Source: a virus
Taxonomy: Duplodnaviria; Caudoviricetes
IMG/VR virus record: IMGVR_UViG_3300032218_001090
Coordinates: 1 to 32,144 of that record
Direction: 5' to 3' (one strand)
Length of the DNA: 32,144 nt
Shown: positions 7,301 to 16,045 of the stretch, piece by piece
Numbering within the stretch: the stretch's first letter is position 1
Layout of the letters: each line of letters starts with the position of its first letter
Program-made: the position numbers and the translations under genes
The notes under the pieces: model-generated
The model's input: the letters and a program-made list of their open reading frames with translations, nothing else
What the model was told of the DNA's origin: nothing
The model's database searches: none

Positions 7301-7747
7301 CTAGAACCATTGGTTTCGTTGCCAATGCACCCATGCGGTGCAAGTGGCATTTTTGCCGCCATAATGACGACCGATGTATGCGAGGGCGGCAACTGTTTGT
7401 GCCATGCCGTCGCTTGAATGCTTCATTCCAAGGTTTTGATAAGTGGTGCTCAGAAGTTGACCAACGCCTTTCGCTGACGATGATGGATTCTCTGCTTTTG
7501 GATTGAAGTGCGACTCATGCTTGAGTATTTGTCGAAAGCATCCAGCCGATTTTGGTGTGAGTAGCTCGTCAATCAATAGATTGATGCGCTGTGGATCAGT
7601 GAGCAAGACAACTTCTTTGACTTGCACAACTCTGTGAGTGACCTTCTGTTGTCCAACAAGTGTGGACATGGTCGTGATGTTGAATATCATTGAAAAGATT
7701 GCAAGTGAACCGATGAACAGTCCAAAGCGTTTTATTTGATTACTCAT
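7301..7747 (-). CDS. Membrane-anchored or secreted lytic transglycosylase (SLT-like)
   Basis: N-terminal TM; HESHFNPKAENPSSSAKGVGQLL catalytic motif; YIGRHYG. Confidence 0.75.
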   Translation of the reverse strand: MSNQIKRFGLFIGSLAIFSMIFNITTMSTLVGQQKVTHRVVQVKEVVLLTDPQRINLLIDELLTPKSAGCFRQILKHESHFNPKAENPSSSAKGVGQLLSTTYQNLGMKHSSDGMAQTVAALAYIGRHYGGKNATCTAWVHWQRNQWF

Positions 7748-8148
7748 TTGATGTGACCCTTCTTTCGAGCGCGGTTGAGCAATCTGCTAACAGATGCCAC
7801 AGACACACTTGACGACCTGGCTATTGCTTCAAGCGACCAACCCAAGGCTTGCAAGCGCAAGACCTCTTCTAGTCGTGAAGGCTCTTTCTTCTTTTCTATT
7901 GGTTGAGTCATCGCAATGTGATTGCGTTCCTCAGTGGTCTTTCCTCCCCAAAATCCATGAGTGATTTCATTGTCAAGTGCGTATTTCAAGCACTCTTTTT
8001 CATGGACACATGATTGGCAGAGGGCTTGTAAAGTCGAAAGGTTCTTTTCGAGTTCTGCTTTGCTATCAGGGAAGAAAGAATCCGCAATATCGCCAACACA
8101 CTTGGCTTGAGGAAATCGCGGAAAATTGAACAGACCTGTCAGTGTCAC
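7744..8148 (-). CDS. whiB: WhiB-family regulator with C-terminal HTH
   Basis: C...FFP...CQSC.....C...GFWGG; GWSLEAIA HTH; start moved to GTG 8148 (GTGA overlap). Confidence 0.85.
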   Translation of the reverse strand: MTLTGLFNFPRFPQAKCVGDIADSFFPDSKAELEKNLSTLQALCQSCVHEKECLKYALDNEITHGFWGGKTTEERNHIAMTQPIEKKKEPSRLEEVLRLQALGWSLEAIARSSSVSVASVSRLLNRARKKGHIK

Positions 8149-8498
8149 TTTGGGTCTCCGTATCCGGCGGCGCGAAGTAAATCGACGATGTCGGCCACTC
8201 GCATGATTGCCCACCAATCACCAACATGGCTCAAGCCGATGCCGTTGGGCTTTGCAACGAGAATGCCAAAGTCAGCACCTGCGTTGTCTTTTTCAATTGC
8301 TGTCTCTTTGAGCCAAGACGGAATGGCGTATGACTTGTGATTCTTCACTTCCCATGCAAGGCATGGAGTTCCTGTGATGTCTCCCATGTCATTACTGCCT
8401 GAGAGTGCGCGTCGCTCCGCGTATGGAAATCCTTGCCCCACAAGGAATTTCACAAGCGCACTCTCGGCAGCAGTGCCTTTCGTTTTGGCTTTGCTCAT
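8145..8498 (-). CDS. Holliday junction resolvase (PD-(D/E)xK type)
   Basis: KGTAAE...DMGDI...WEVKN. Confidence 0.75.
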   Translation of the reverse strand: MSKAKTKGTAAESALVKFLVGQGFPYAERRALSGSNDMGDITGTPCLAWEVKNHKSYAIPSWLKETAIEKDNAGADFGILVAKPNGIGLSHVGDWWAIMRVADIVDLLRAAGYGDPK

Positions 8499-8740
8499 TA
8501 GTGTGAGTTCAGCTTTTGCGCAGGATTGTGATTCTGTGAACGGACAGAATCGGATTGGAAAATGATTGTGCGAAGGTGGTCTGCCTCACGATATGAATCC
8601 TCAAGTTCGAGGAATAGTTGGCGACGGTTGGTGTTGGCTCGATCCCATTCGCGATAAGCGCCGATGAGGTAGCCAAATATGGATGCGCTGAATACGCAAA
8701 GGATTGCTGCGACTGTTGAAGGTGCGACATCAATTCCCAT
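8498..8740 (-). CDS. Hypothetical membrane protein
   Basis: TM helix followed by a coiled coil; tightly packed. Confidence 0.6.
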   Translation of the reverse strand: MGIDVAPSTVAAILCVFSASIFGYLIGAYREWDRANTNRRQLFLELEDSYREADHLRTIIFQSDSVRSQNHNPAQKLNSH

Positions 8741-8884
8741 TTACTTCTTCTCCATGACGGATGTGAAGTTGTGCCATTCCTTAACTTCTGCAAAGTCATC
8801 GCCCTTGTTGAGCCAGGCTTCGAACTTGAGAATGATTGGAAGAGTGACCAAGATTCCTGCAATTGCTGCAACTATGATTTCCAC
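8741..8884 (-). CDS. Small membrane protein
   Basis: GTG 8884 preceded by AAGGGGG; hydrophobic N-terminus. Confidence 0.55.
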   Translation of the reverse strand: MEIIVAAIAGILVTLPIILKFEAWLNKGDDFAEVKEWHNFTSVMEKK

Positions 8885-8894
8885 TTTTGCCCCC

Positions 8895-9038
8895 TTAAAA
8901 TGACTCAGCCGACTGAGCACATGGGGGCATGGCAAAATCGGCTGAGTTGAATGATGGATTTGTTGAAGTACCAATTCGCTTGGATTTTTTGTGCTTGAGA
9001 GCTAGCACTCTTTGTCTAAACAAGTCCGTTTTTCCCAT
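8895..9038 (-). CDS. Possible 47-aa basic leader ORF (MGKTDLFRQRVLALKHKKSKR...)
   Basis: Hand-translated; GGGGGTG RBS upstream; stop adjoins the next RBS. Confidence 0.35.
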   Translation of the reverse strand: MGKTDLFRQRVLALKHKKSKRIGTSTNPSFNSADFAMPPCAQSAESF

Positions 9039-9319
9039 ACACTTCACCCCCCCAAGGTGTACAGTGGGATTTATCAGGTAGCTGTAATGTCCAACTTGCT
9101 AAGATTTACACATTCGGACACAAAATGGTACGAAGTGTGAAACAGTAGCAAGGATCAAAGACTGGAATCTTTGAGGCCATTTTTCGCAATCTGATAGCTC
9201 TCCACTATCGAATCGATTGCAAATGCTAAATGAAGTCCCCATTCTAAATCAAGCAACTCGCCGAGAAGATTTCCAATATCTCGACCTTGACTTGAGCCTT
9301 AATCCCATCAGCTCCTCTA

Positions 9320-9347
9320 TTGACTCACAAATACCAGTGAGTAGAAT
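9320..9347 (+). promoter_or_regulatory. Sigma70/SigA-type promoter for integrase with an internal inverted repeat
   Basis: TTGACT-16 nt-TAGAAT; ACTCAC-N8-GTGAGT at 9323-9342. Confidence 0.55.
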
Positions 9348-9408
9348 CACAGCAGGTTCTCCCCCTCGTGGGGGTGAGCCGACCAGTTACACGAAGGAGC
9401 GTGAGGCT

Positions 9409-10305
9409 GTGTTTGCCGAGGATTCAGGAATGCCCGAGATTTATATGAGGCTGCCTGAATTCACTCAACCCTGGCATGAGAATGTCGGAATGCTCTTGGC
9501 GGCTCGCTATGAGTACGCGGGTTGGAGTCGAGAGATATACATGAACGACTTCGCCATCCTTCGTGATATTTGCGGCGCTAAACACCCCTCAGAGGTCTTC
9601 CTGCAAGACTTATTGGCAAAGGTGATGAAAGGTAAGACTCAATCTTCACGAGAGACTTACACAGCCCGAATCAAGTCAATCTTCAACACCTTGAGAATGC
9701 TTGGAATTATTCCCTTGGATCATCATCCTGAAGATGGTCTTCCCAAAGTTAAAGTCGCTCGCCACACTCCTCGGCCATTGAGCAAGGCACAGGCAACTAT
9801 GCTGATGACCACAGCCAAAGAACCGATGCGTGAGTGGTTCATGTTTGCTTGCCTTGCCGGACTCCGCGCCATTGAGGTCAGCCGTATCGAAGGCTCTTGG
9901 CTTGAGCTACACGATGGCAACTACTTCCTGCGCATCTTCGGCAAGGGAGACACCGACCTGCTTGTCCCCTGCCATGCCAAATTGGTCGAAATCATCCAAT
10001 CCAAGAATGTCTTGGGTCGTCTTTATTCAGTCGATGCCAACTACCTTTCCCGCCTTGCCAACGCTGAAATGCGTCGCCTAGGCATCGCGACTCGATCCTC
10101 GGGAACGGCCTCACGCCTGTCTTTTCACTCCTGCCGTCACTTCTTTGCCACCAGCGTCTTGGCAGCGTCAGGAGGCAACCTCATCACCACTCAGCGCCTC
10201 ATGCGCCACGCCTCTCCTACCGTCACAGCCCGATATGCAGACCTTGTCAATGACGAGGAACGCAAAGTCATGGCGGGGTTGCTCTCGGATATTGATTGGG
10301 GTTAA
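9409..10305 (+). CDS. int: Tyrosine recombinase/integrase
   Basis: GLRAIE, GKG, HSCRH, MRH, TARY catalytic set; GTG 9409 follows AAGGAG. Confidence 0.9.
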   Translation: MFAEDSGMPEIYMRLPEFTQPWHENVGMLLAARYEYAGWSREIYMNDFAILRDICGAKHPSEVFLQDLLAKVMKGKTQSSRETYTARIKSIFNTLRMLGIIPLDHHPEDGLPKVKVARHTPRPLSKAQATMLMTTAKEPMREWFMFACLAGLRAIEVSRIEGSWLELHDGNYFLRIFGKGDTDLLVPCHAKLVEIIQSKNVLGRLYSVDANYLSRLANAEMRRLGIATRSSGTASRLSFHSCRHFFATSVLAASGGNLITTQRLMRHASPTVTARYADLVNDEERKVMAGLLSDIDWG

Positions 10306-10310
10306 AAGGC

Positions 10311-10360
10311 GAAAAGACCCCCTAAATTGCATCTTCACAGATGGATTAGGGGGTCTTTTC
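10311..10360. terminator. Bidirectional terminator-like hairpin between convergent genes
   Basis: 15-bp perfect IR 10311-10325/10346-10360 with an inner CATCT/AGATG stem. Confidence 0.75.
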
Positions 10361-10392
10361 TATAACGCCAACGAATCAGGCGAGGTGTGACT

Positions 10393-11253
10393 CTAGTTGG
10401 CGAGAGCCAAATAAATTCCTTCTTCCAAAGAAATCTTTGGTGTGTAGAAGGTTTTCATAAGTTTGGCATCGCCTACTCGATAGGCAACGCCAACAGGCTC
10501 TGCCTCAAGGTGACGAATCGTCGGCGTATAGCCAACGGCGTCAGCCACTAGGCGAGCCAATTCATTGAAGGAAGTTGGTCTTCCAGTTGCTAGGTTCACA
10601 GTTTCGATGTCAGTCTCCCAAGCAGTAATGACTGCCTGAACAATGTCATCGATGTGAATAAAATCTCGCACTTGAGTGCCGTCTCCCCATATTTCAAATG
10701 GTTCTGACTTTGCCAAGCCACGAGCGATAAATGATGGGAATGGATAGTCAAGTGCTTGGTCTAATCCGTATCCCGAAAATGGTCGGAATACTTGGACTTT
10801 CAATCCTTGTGCTCGTGCATGAACTGCGAGCATCTCTCCTGTCAGCTTTGCCCATCCGTATGTCAAGTCAGGTGTTTGAATCATATTCAAGTCAATGAAT
10901 GTTTCTTCAAGACGAAGCGGTGGCATTCCTGGTGCTTGCAAGAAAATTGGATATGCAGCCGAGGATGAGAAATATGTGATGTTCTTGGGTTTGGTGCGAA
11001 GCGCCCAACCGAACATTTCAGCATCGATTGCCAAGTCAACTGCCAAAGCAAGTGGTGAGCTTTCAATCATCTTGCGACCACCAACGACTGCTGCCAAATG
11101 AATGACTTGGTCAAAGTGTGTGCTGTCGGTACGAAAGAAATCGCGAGCATCTGTGCCGTTGAGTATATCAACGCCGACAATCTCATGCTCGTCAAGGTGG
11201 CGTCTAAAATTACGACCTACGAAGCCAGCATCTCCTGTAATAAGAATCTTCAT
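10393..11253 (-). CDS. NAD-dependent nucleotide-sugar epimerase/dehydratase
   Basis: ITGDAGFVG, HLAA, SSSAAY, YGWAK, GDGTQVRDFIHIDD. Confidence 0.92.
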   Translation of the reverse strand: MKILITGDAGFVGRNFRRHLDEHEIVGVDILNGTDARDFFRTDSTHFDQVIHLAAVVGGRKMIESSPLALAVDLAIDAEMFGWALRTKPKNITYFSSSAAYPIFLQAPGMPPLRLEETFIDLNMIQTPDLTYGWAKLTGEMLAVHARAQGLKVQVFRPFSGYGLDQALDYPFPSFIARGLAKSEPFEIWGDGTQVRDFIHIDDIVQAVITAWETDIETVNLATGRPTSFNELARLVADAVGYTPTIRHLEAEPVGVAYRVGDAKLMKTFYTPKISLEEGIYLALAN

Positions 11254-11927
11254 GCTCGATCCAATAATTCATTCAGGAGCTGACGATAAGCATCACTTGA
11301 AATGTATTGTTCAAAAGCCCTGGCATCAGATAAATAAATATCGTCAGCGTTGACCTCGCGATAACCCTCATCCCACGCCGCTTTTCCAGCAATAGGGTGC
11401 AAATGCTCAATGATGACTTCAGGCAGATAGGCCATCGCAGTGTCTTGGCCTAGTTTCAGCCAAAAGTTGTCGAGATATAAGTGAATCATGTTAGGCGGTG
11501 TCATCCCGCCAAGTGCCTGGACGATGTCGGCGGTCATGGCAACAGCCGTTGGCAGACCTTCTCCTTGGAGTAGGTCGTTGCCGTAGGCGATGCCTGTGCC
11601 TATTTCATCAAGTGCGTCACAGAGCTTGTCGTCCCAATTCTCGGTGCGTGGTCTGTGGTCATCGCCTATAAATGCAAAGTATTGATAGTCATTTGTTGCA
11701 AGGATTTCAGAAGCTGCGCGGTTGAGTGGCTTTGCCATTCCCTTGCCTTGGCGTGGATAGACGAGCAAGGTGAACCCTGTGAATGCTCGGTATCCGTCAA
11801 TTTCAGGATCATCATCGTCAACGACAATGAACAAATCTGCCTTGGTCTGTGTTGCTTTCCAGGAAACGAGCAGCTCTTCAATGTTGGAAGGTCTGCTTCG
11901 GCTTGGAATGATGACTGCCATGCTCAT
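11250..11927 (-). CDS. Glycosyltransferase, GT2-like
   Basis: VIIPSRSR, VVDDDD, GDDH (DxD-like), IIEHLH. Confidence 0.8.
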   Translation of the reverse strand: MSMAVIIPSRSRPSNIEELLVSWKATQTKADLFIVVDDDDPEIDGYRAFTGFTLLVYPRQGKGMAKPLNRAASEILATNDYQYFAFIGDDHRPRTENWDDKLCDALDEIGTGIAYGNDLLQGEGLPTAVAMTADIVQALGGMTPPNMIHLYLDNFWLKLGQDTAMAYLPEVIIEHLHPIAGKAAWDEGYREVNADDIYLSDARAFEQYISSDAYRQLLNELLDRA

Positions 11928-12181
11928 GCGATTTCTCCTGCAATGCTTGCATAAGCCGCCATATCGACGAAAGAATCTTGATGGTCAGGCGTCTCAACAA
12001 GCCGAGCAAGTTTGACGCCGACCATGCACAAGGCAACTTGCGATGGAGTCACATCAACGCCAAGTAGCACAGTCCAAATGTCTGCAATCCGCTTGTGATT
12101 GATGAATGGCTCGCCGTAGTTCTTTTGTCGATCCGTTGATGTCAGGCGCATCGCCTCTTGCAGTATCTCTTCCCTGGTCAT
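11924..12181 (-). CDS. DUF6378-like phage protein
   Basis: DRQKNYG...RIADIW...KLAR...HQDSFVDMAAY. Confidence 0.75.
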   Translation of the reverse strand: MTREEILQEAMRLTSTDRQKNYGEPFINHKRIADIWTVLLGVDVTPSQVALCMVGVKLARLVETPDHQDSFVDMAAYASIAGEIA

Positions 12182-12189
12182 GTGCTCCC

Positions 12190-12564
12190 CTAGATTGTTT
12201 TGACTTCGTGGTGTTTCAAATATCCAATTGCTTGCGTCAGGATTTCAACTGAGTCATCAGCCATCCCAATCAAGGTGTTGCAATTAGCACACAGAAGTGC
12301 GCGAATTGGGTTGTCGATATTGGTATGGTCGTGATCGATGGAGAAGCGTTTGCCATAAGTCTCGGCATCTATTCCACAGATTGCGCACTTGCCATGTTGT
12401 GCGACGAATAAAGCGTCATAGTCCACAGCTCGAACAACCTTGCGCTTTGCGTTGCGACACTCATTGCATTCATCCCTGCGACCATCAGAGGTGCGGATAT
12501 TGCGAGTGAAATGGTGAAATTCCTTCACCTTGGCGCAATACAGGCACTGCTTGGTTTGCGTCAT
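12190..12564 (-). CDS. Endonuclease VII-like protein with N-terminal Zn finger
   Basis: CLYC...CNEC; QHGKCAIC, IDHDH, LLCANCN. Confidence 0.85.
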   Translation of the reverse strand: MTQTKQCLYCAKVKEFHHFTRNIRTSDGRRDECNECRNAKRKVVRAVDYDALFVAQHGKCAICGIDAETYGKRFSIDHDHTNIDNPIRALLCANCNTLIGMADDSVEILTQAIGYLKHHEVKTI

Positions 12565-13055
12565 TAGTCGGTGAAAGTAGGTTTCCCAAATCCGACGATG
12601 AAAGCTGGCAGTGACGGAGTCAACTTGCCACGATTCTTCTTCTTATAGGCGCGAACTTTGAGTGCTACTTGCCCACCGTTGGCTTGGCTTCCCTTTTTGT
12701 CGGGTGCAGTGTTGCCCTCGATGGTGGTCACTGTGCCATCGCCGTTGTCTTTGATGACAATGCCAGTGTGCTCCACAGGTGCTCCCCCAGGTGCAAAATC
12801 AAAGAAGACAACATCGCCGGCTTGAGGAGTTGCAGCTTCTGCATCCTGCCATTGCTTGCTCTTCTTGAAGGCTGCCGACCCTGCCATTGTTGATGTGCAG
12901 TCAGGAATCTTGACTCCTGCGCTCTTAAAAATCCAGTTGACGAACGCTCCACACCAAGGCTGGTCTGCCTTCTGAAACTTCGTGTGATTATCGCCTGTTT
13001 CAATATAGCCAAGTTCAGCAGTTGCGGCTTGAACTATTGCCTCGCGTTGTGACAT
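12564..13055 (-). CDS. Endolysin, CHAP domain
   Basis: QPWCGAFV, GDVVFF, HTGIV, TIEGN. Confidence 0.85.
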   Translation of the reverse strand: MSQREAIVQAATAELGYIETGDNHTKFQKADQPWCGAFVNWIFKSAGVKIPDCTSTMAGSAAFKKSKQWQDAEAATPQAGDVVFFDFAPGGAPVEHTGIVIKDNGDGTVTTIEGNTAPDKKGSQANGGQVALKVRAYKKKNRGKLTPSLPAFIVGFGKPTFTD

Positions 13056-13300
13056 TACTTCTTCCCCTCGGTCTTTGTTGCCTTAGAAAATGCCTCGTTG
13101 ATTTCAGAGTCGGTCAACTTGCCGTCTGCTACATAGAAGCGTGAAAGTTCAGCGATGACATCCATTGTGGCAAGCAGACCAGCGACTGCTGCTGCCTTCC
13201 ATACATCGATGCCGAAGATGGAGGCTGCGCCGATTGTGCCAAGTGCGCCAATGACGAATGTTGCACAGATGCGAAGGATGATGTTTTTGACGAGTTTCAT
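13055..13300 (-). CDS. Probable holin
   Basis: Two TM helices and a charged C-tail, directly upstream of the endolysin. Confidence 0.65.
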   Translation of the reverse strand: MKLVKNIILRICATFVIGALGTIGAASIFGIDVWKAAAVAGLLATMDVIAELSRFYVADGKLTDSEINEAFSKATKTEGKK

Positions 13301-13485
13301 TTTTGTTCCTTATCTTGGGGATTACGGAGTGGAAAGGTGAAGACCCATGCAAAGATTGAAATGATGATGGCGTAGCCAACGACAGTCTTTGCTGATCCTG
13401 TGAGAACTAGCCAACCGACAAAGAGACCAATGAAAGTCCAAATCTGATTGGCCATATCTGATGCAAACTCACGAAAACGACTCAT
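13297..13485 (-). CDS. Small two-TM membrane protein
   Basis: Hydrophobic; ATGA-coupled on both sides. Confidence 0.65.
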   Translation of the reverse strand: MSRFREFASDMANQIWTFIGLFVGWLVLTGSAKTVVGYAIIISIFAWVFTFPLRNPQDKEQK

Positions 13486-14933
13486 GGATTCCTCCTCATA
13501 ACAGCCCCGGCAAATATGGTTGCAACAAGAATCTTCTTTGCTTTCTTGCGAGTAATTGGTGACATATCGTTGCCTATGTTTGCAAGTGCGACATACGCAT
13601 CTGCTAGTGCTTGAGCAGCTTGCCCAACACCAGGAATCGAAATGTTGATGTCGATTGGCAAGACAGGAACAGCAATGTCAGGTGCGTTGAAAGTCATTCC
13701 ACCAGGTTGTCCGATGAAGGTCTCAGGGATGGTGATTGCATCAGGTGGGATTGGGTCTCCCGAGCCAGGTGCAGGGGGTGGTGGAGTGAGAACTCCATCT
13801 TCACCGATGACTTGAGGTTGTGTTTGCGTACCGAATAACTCAATCCCGCCATTTTCCACACCTGCTTTGTCCTCTTGAATGTGTGGTGTCAAAAGGTTGT
13901 TTTCAGGCAACTTTGGAATAACGGTTGGCAGTTGGCTTGGATTGTTAGGAATTAAACCAACAACAACTTCCTTGCTAGGTTCAGGTGCAGGTGTTGGTGT
14001 GGGTTCAGGTTCAATGATGGGTGCAGGTGTTGGTGCGACATCGGGAATCGGATCAGGTGTTGGCGCAACATCAGGAACAGGTTCGGGTGCAGGTTCGGGT
14101 GCAGGAATAGGCGCGACATCAGGAATTGGTTCGGGTGTCGGAGCTACTTCGGGCGCAGGTTCGGGAACAGGTTCAGGTGTTGGCGCTGGCTCGACGATTG
14201 GTTCAGGCTCAGGAGCAACAGGCATCACTGCAATTGGTTCAGGTGCTGGCGCGGGTGCAGGGGTTGGCTCAGGTACTGGCGCAGGAGTTGGGGCAGGAGT
14301 TGGGGCAGGTATTGGCGCTGGCTGTGGTGATGGAGATGGCGCAGGTGTTGGAGCAATGACAGTTGCAGTCTCAACCATAGCGGTCACAGTTTCCTGAACC
14401 ACAGCAGTTGCAGTCTCTTTGATGACGACAGCCGTTGCGGTTTCCTGCACAACAGTCGCGCTTTCAACAATAGCGTTTCCTTTGTTGATGACGACGGATG
14501 TTGCGCTTTCAGTCACCAAGGGTTGCAAGATAGGAACAACTAGGATTGGCGCGTTTCCTAGTCGAATGACTCCTGAAACGAATCCTGAATATAAATGCAA
14601 AGAATCATTGTCTGATCGAATGCCAAACTTGAATTCGCGACCATCAAGTGCGCCGGCATCTTTAATGACAGAGAATGGAAGGTTGATGTGCGTGGTCATT
14701 GAGGCAACCGCTCTGCCGCCATCGCATCCTTGGCATGACCAAAAGACTGCGTATCTCTCGACAACTGCCGAATCCTGTGGTGCTTCCCACGCTAGTTTGA
14801 CGACCTTTGCCTCTTGATCCACTTCAATCTCAAGGTGGGTCGGCGGCTTGATAACTTCATCGCCATTTGCCCAATCAGGGATTGTTGCAAAGATGATGCC
14901 AAGTGCGATTGCGATGCGAGCAATCTTGCGCAA
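13482..14933 (-). CDS. Secreted Pro-rich protein: signal peptide, FN3-like domain, Thr/Pro stalk, C-terminal anchor
   Basis: Signal-like N-terminus; PPTHL..LAWEAP..Y FN3-like pattern; ETATAVV and PEP repeats; RKKAKKILVATIF end. Confidence 0.7.
   Translation of the reverse strand: MRKIARIAIALGIIFATIPDWANGDEVIKPPTHLEIEVDQEAKVVKLAWEAPQDSAVVERYAVFWSCQGCDGGRAVASMTTHINLPFSVIKDAGALDGREFKFGIRSDNDSLHLYSGFVSGVIRLGNAPILVVPILQPLVTESATSVVINKGNAIVESATVVQETATAVVIKETATAVVQETVTAMVETATVIAPTPAPSPSPQPAPIPAPTPAPTPAPVPEPTPAPAPAPEPIAVMPVAPEPEPIVEPAPTPEPVPEPAPEVAPTPEPIPDVAPIPAPEPAPEPVPDVAPTPDPIPDVAPTPAPIIEPEPTPTPAPEPSKEVVVGLIPNNPSQLPTVIPKLPENNLLTPHIQEDKAGVENGGIELFGTQTQPQVIGEDGVLTPPPPAPGSGDPIPPDAITIPETFIGQPGGMTFNAPDIAVPVLPIDINISIPGVGQAAQALADAYVALANIGNDMSPITRKKAKKILVATIFAGAVMRRNP
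13978..14470 (-). repeat. Coding low-complexity repeats: (PA/PE/PT)n, P(I/V/A)P(D/E)VAPxP x4, ETAT(A)VV x5
   Basis: Visible in the DNA and the translation. Confidence 0.8.
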
Positions 14934-15002
14934 AGGATTCCTGCTATCTCCCTGGAAACTTCATTTGATAAAGAAAATAACTCAATTGAGCGAGGAAACG
15001 CC

Positions 15003-15266
15003 TCACAATGCCTTGCGCCTCTTAGGGGTGGCAGTCTCCATCGTTGCTTTCATCACTGCAATGTCAGTCTTGATGTGAGCTTGGTTGTCGTGTAGCTCCT
15101 CAACCTGCTGCTTCATGCCGTTGCCATCGTTGAAGATGGCGTACTCAATGCGATCTAACTTTTTGGTGATGTTCATGTAAATGCGAAAACCCCCGCCAAG
15201 GATGACGAGAGTGTCGCATATTGCCCACAACGCTCCGATGAGCAGTGACGAGTTAGAAAGATTCAT
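15003..15266 (-). CDS. Membrane protein with coiled coil (lysis region)
   Basis: AGGAG RBS; TM helix then coiled coil. Confidence 0.65.
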   Translation of the reverse strand: MNLSNSSLLIGALWAICDTLVILGGGFRIYMNITKKLDRIEYAIFNDGNGMKQQVEELHDNQAHIKTDIAVMKATMETATPKRRKAL

Positions 15267-15294
15267 CGGGTGATGCTCCTATCGGTGAGAAAGG

Positions 15295-15528
15295 TTAGAT
15301 GACGAGGGTGTTGGCTTCTGCTTCAGTCAAAGGTGTACCTGCGACGAGCTTTGCCTTTGCCGATGCCTTGAGAGTTGCCAACGCGGTAGCGGCGGCATCC
15401 TCTTCGGCTTTGCGGGCGGCGGCTGCTACTCGATCCGCTTCCATCTGTGCGATTTCGGCATCAGTAAGTTCATGGATTGTTTCCACGCCTGTCTCGCAGT
15501 TGATTTCGATTCGTGTTAAATTAGGCAT
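15295..15528 (-). CDS. Small tail-fibre-associated/chaperone-like protein
   Basis: Position after the tail-tip cluster; NCETG...ELT..E...KAKL..LTEAE pattern. Confidence 0.5.
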   Translation of the reverse strand: MPNLTRIEINCETGVETIHELTDAEIAQMEADRVAAAARKAEEDAAATALATLKASAKAKLVAGTPLTEAEANTLVI

Positions 15529-16042
15529 TTTTTACTCCATATAGGTAGGCGGTTGAATTGGTGACGAAGTTTCCAGCTGTTGAATAAATGCCAATTTGGT
15601 TGATTGCAGAAGTGCTTGCATAAAGCCCAGCAATGAAACCGCCATAAGCGGCAGTTGTATTATTTTCCTGAGATTGGTCTAATGAAAGCGATTTGTTATA
15701 ACTAGTATTTGCATAATTTGGCATATAAAACTCAATGTTCGCAAAAGTGTTAGCCGTTGCTCCTGCTCCATCTTGAAAACCATAATCTATCTGCGCTGCA
15801 CTAGCATTTGCAGCAGTTACCGCTGCTGTCCCTGAACCGTAAAGAAGGAATGTTGAGTAAGCAGTACCTCCAGAAGTGCCATTGAATCTCATTGTAAAAT
15901 TGACAAAAGCGGACGCGTCGCTAGAACGCAAAGACATTTTTACACATAGGTCTGTGTAAGTGGCAGGAATTGATGAAAATATAATTGATGAAGCCGCTGA
16001 AGCCAGTGTTGTTGACGAAATCAATGTCATTGTATTTGCCAT
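15521..16042 (-). CDS. Tail-tip region beta-rich protein, paralog 3
   Basis: FSSIPATYTDL...TSAINQI...LYGVK. Confidence 0.65.
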   Translation of the reverse strand: MANTMTLISSTTLASAASSIIFSSIPATYTDLCVKMSLRSSDASAFVNFTMRFNGTSGGTAYSTFLLYGSGTAAVTAANASAAQIDYGFQDGAGATANTFANIEFYMPNYANTSYNKSLSLDQSQENNTTAAYGGFIAGLYASTSAINQIGIYSTAGNFVTNSTAYLYGVKNA

Positions 16043-16045
16043 AGT

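Noticed and set aside
9217-9408. N-terminal extension of the integrase
   Set aside because: A promoter-like sequence and an AAGGAG RBS lie inside it, favouring GTG 9409.
13879-14817. Plus-strand Gly-rich and Thr-rich ORFs
   Set aside because: Antisense shadows of the Pro/Val-rich repeats of 13482-14933.
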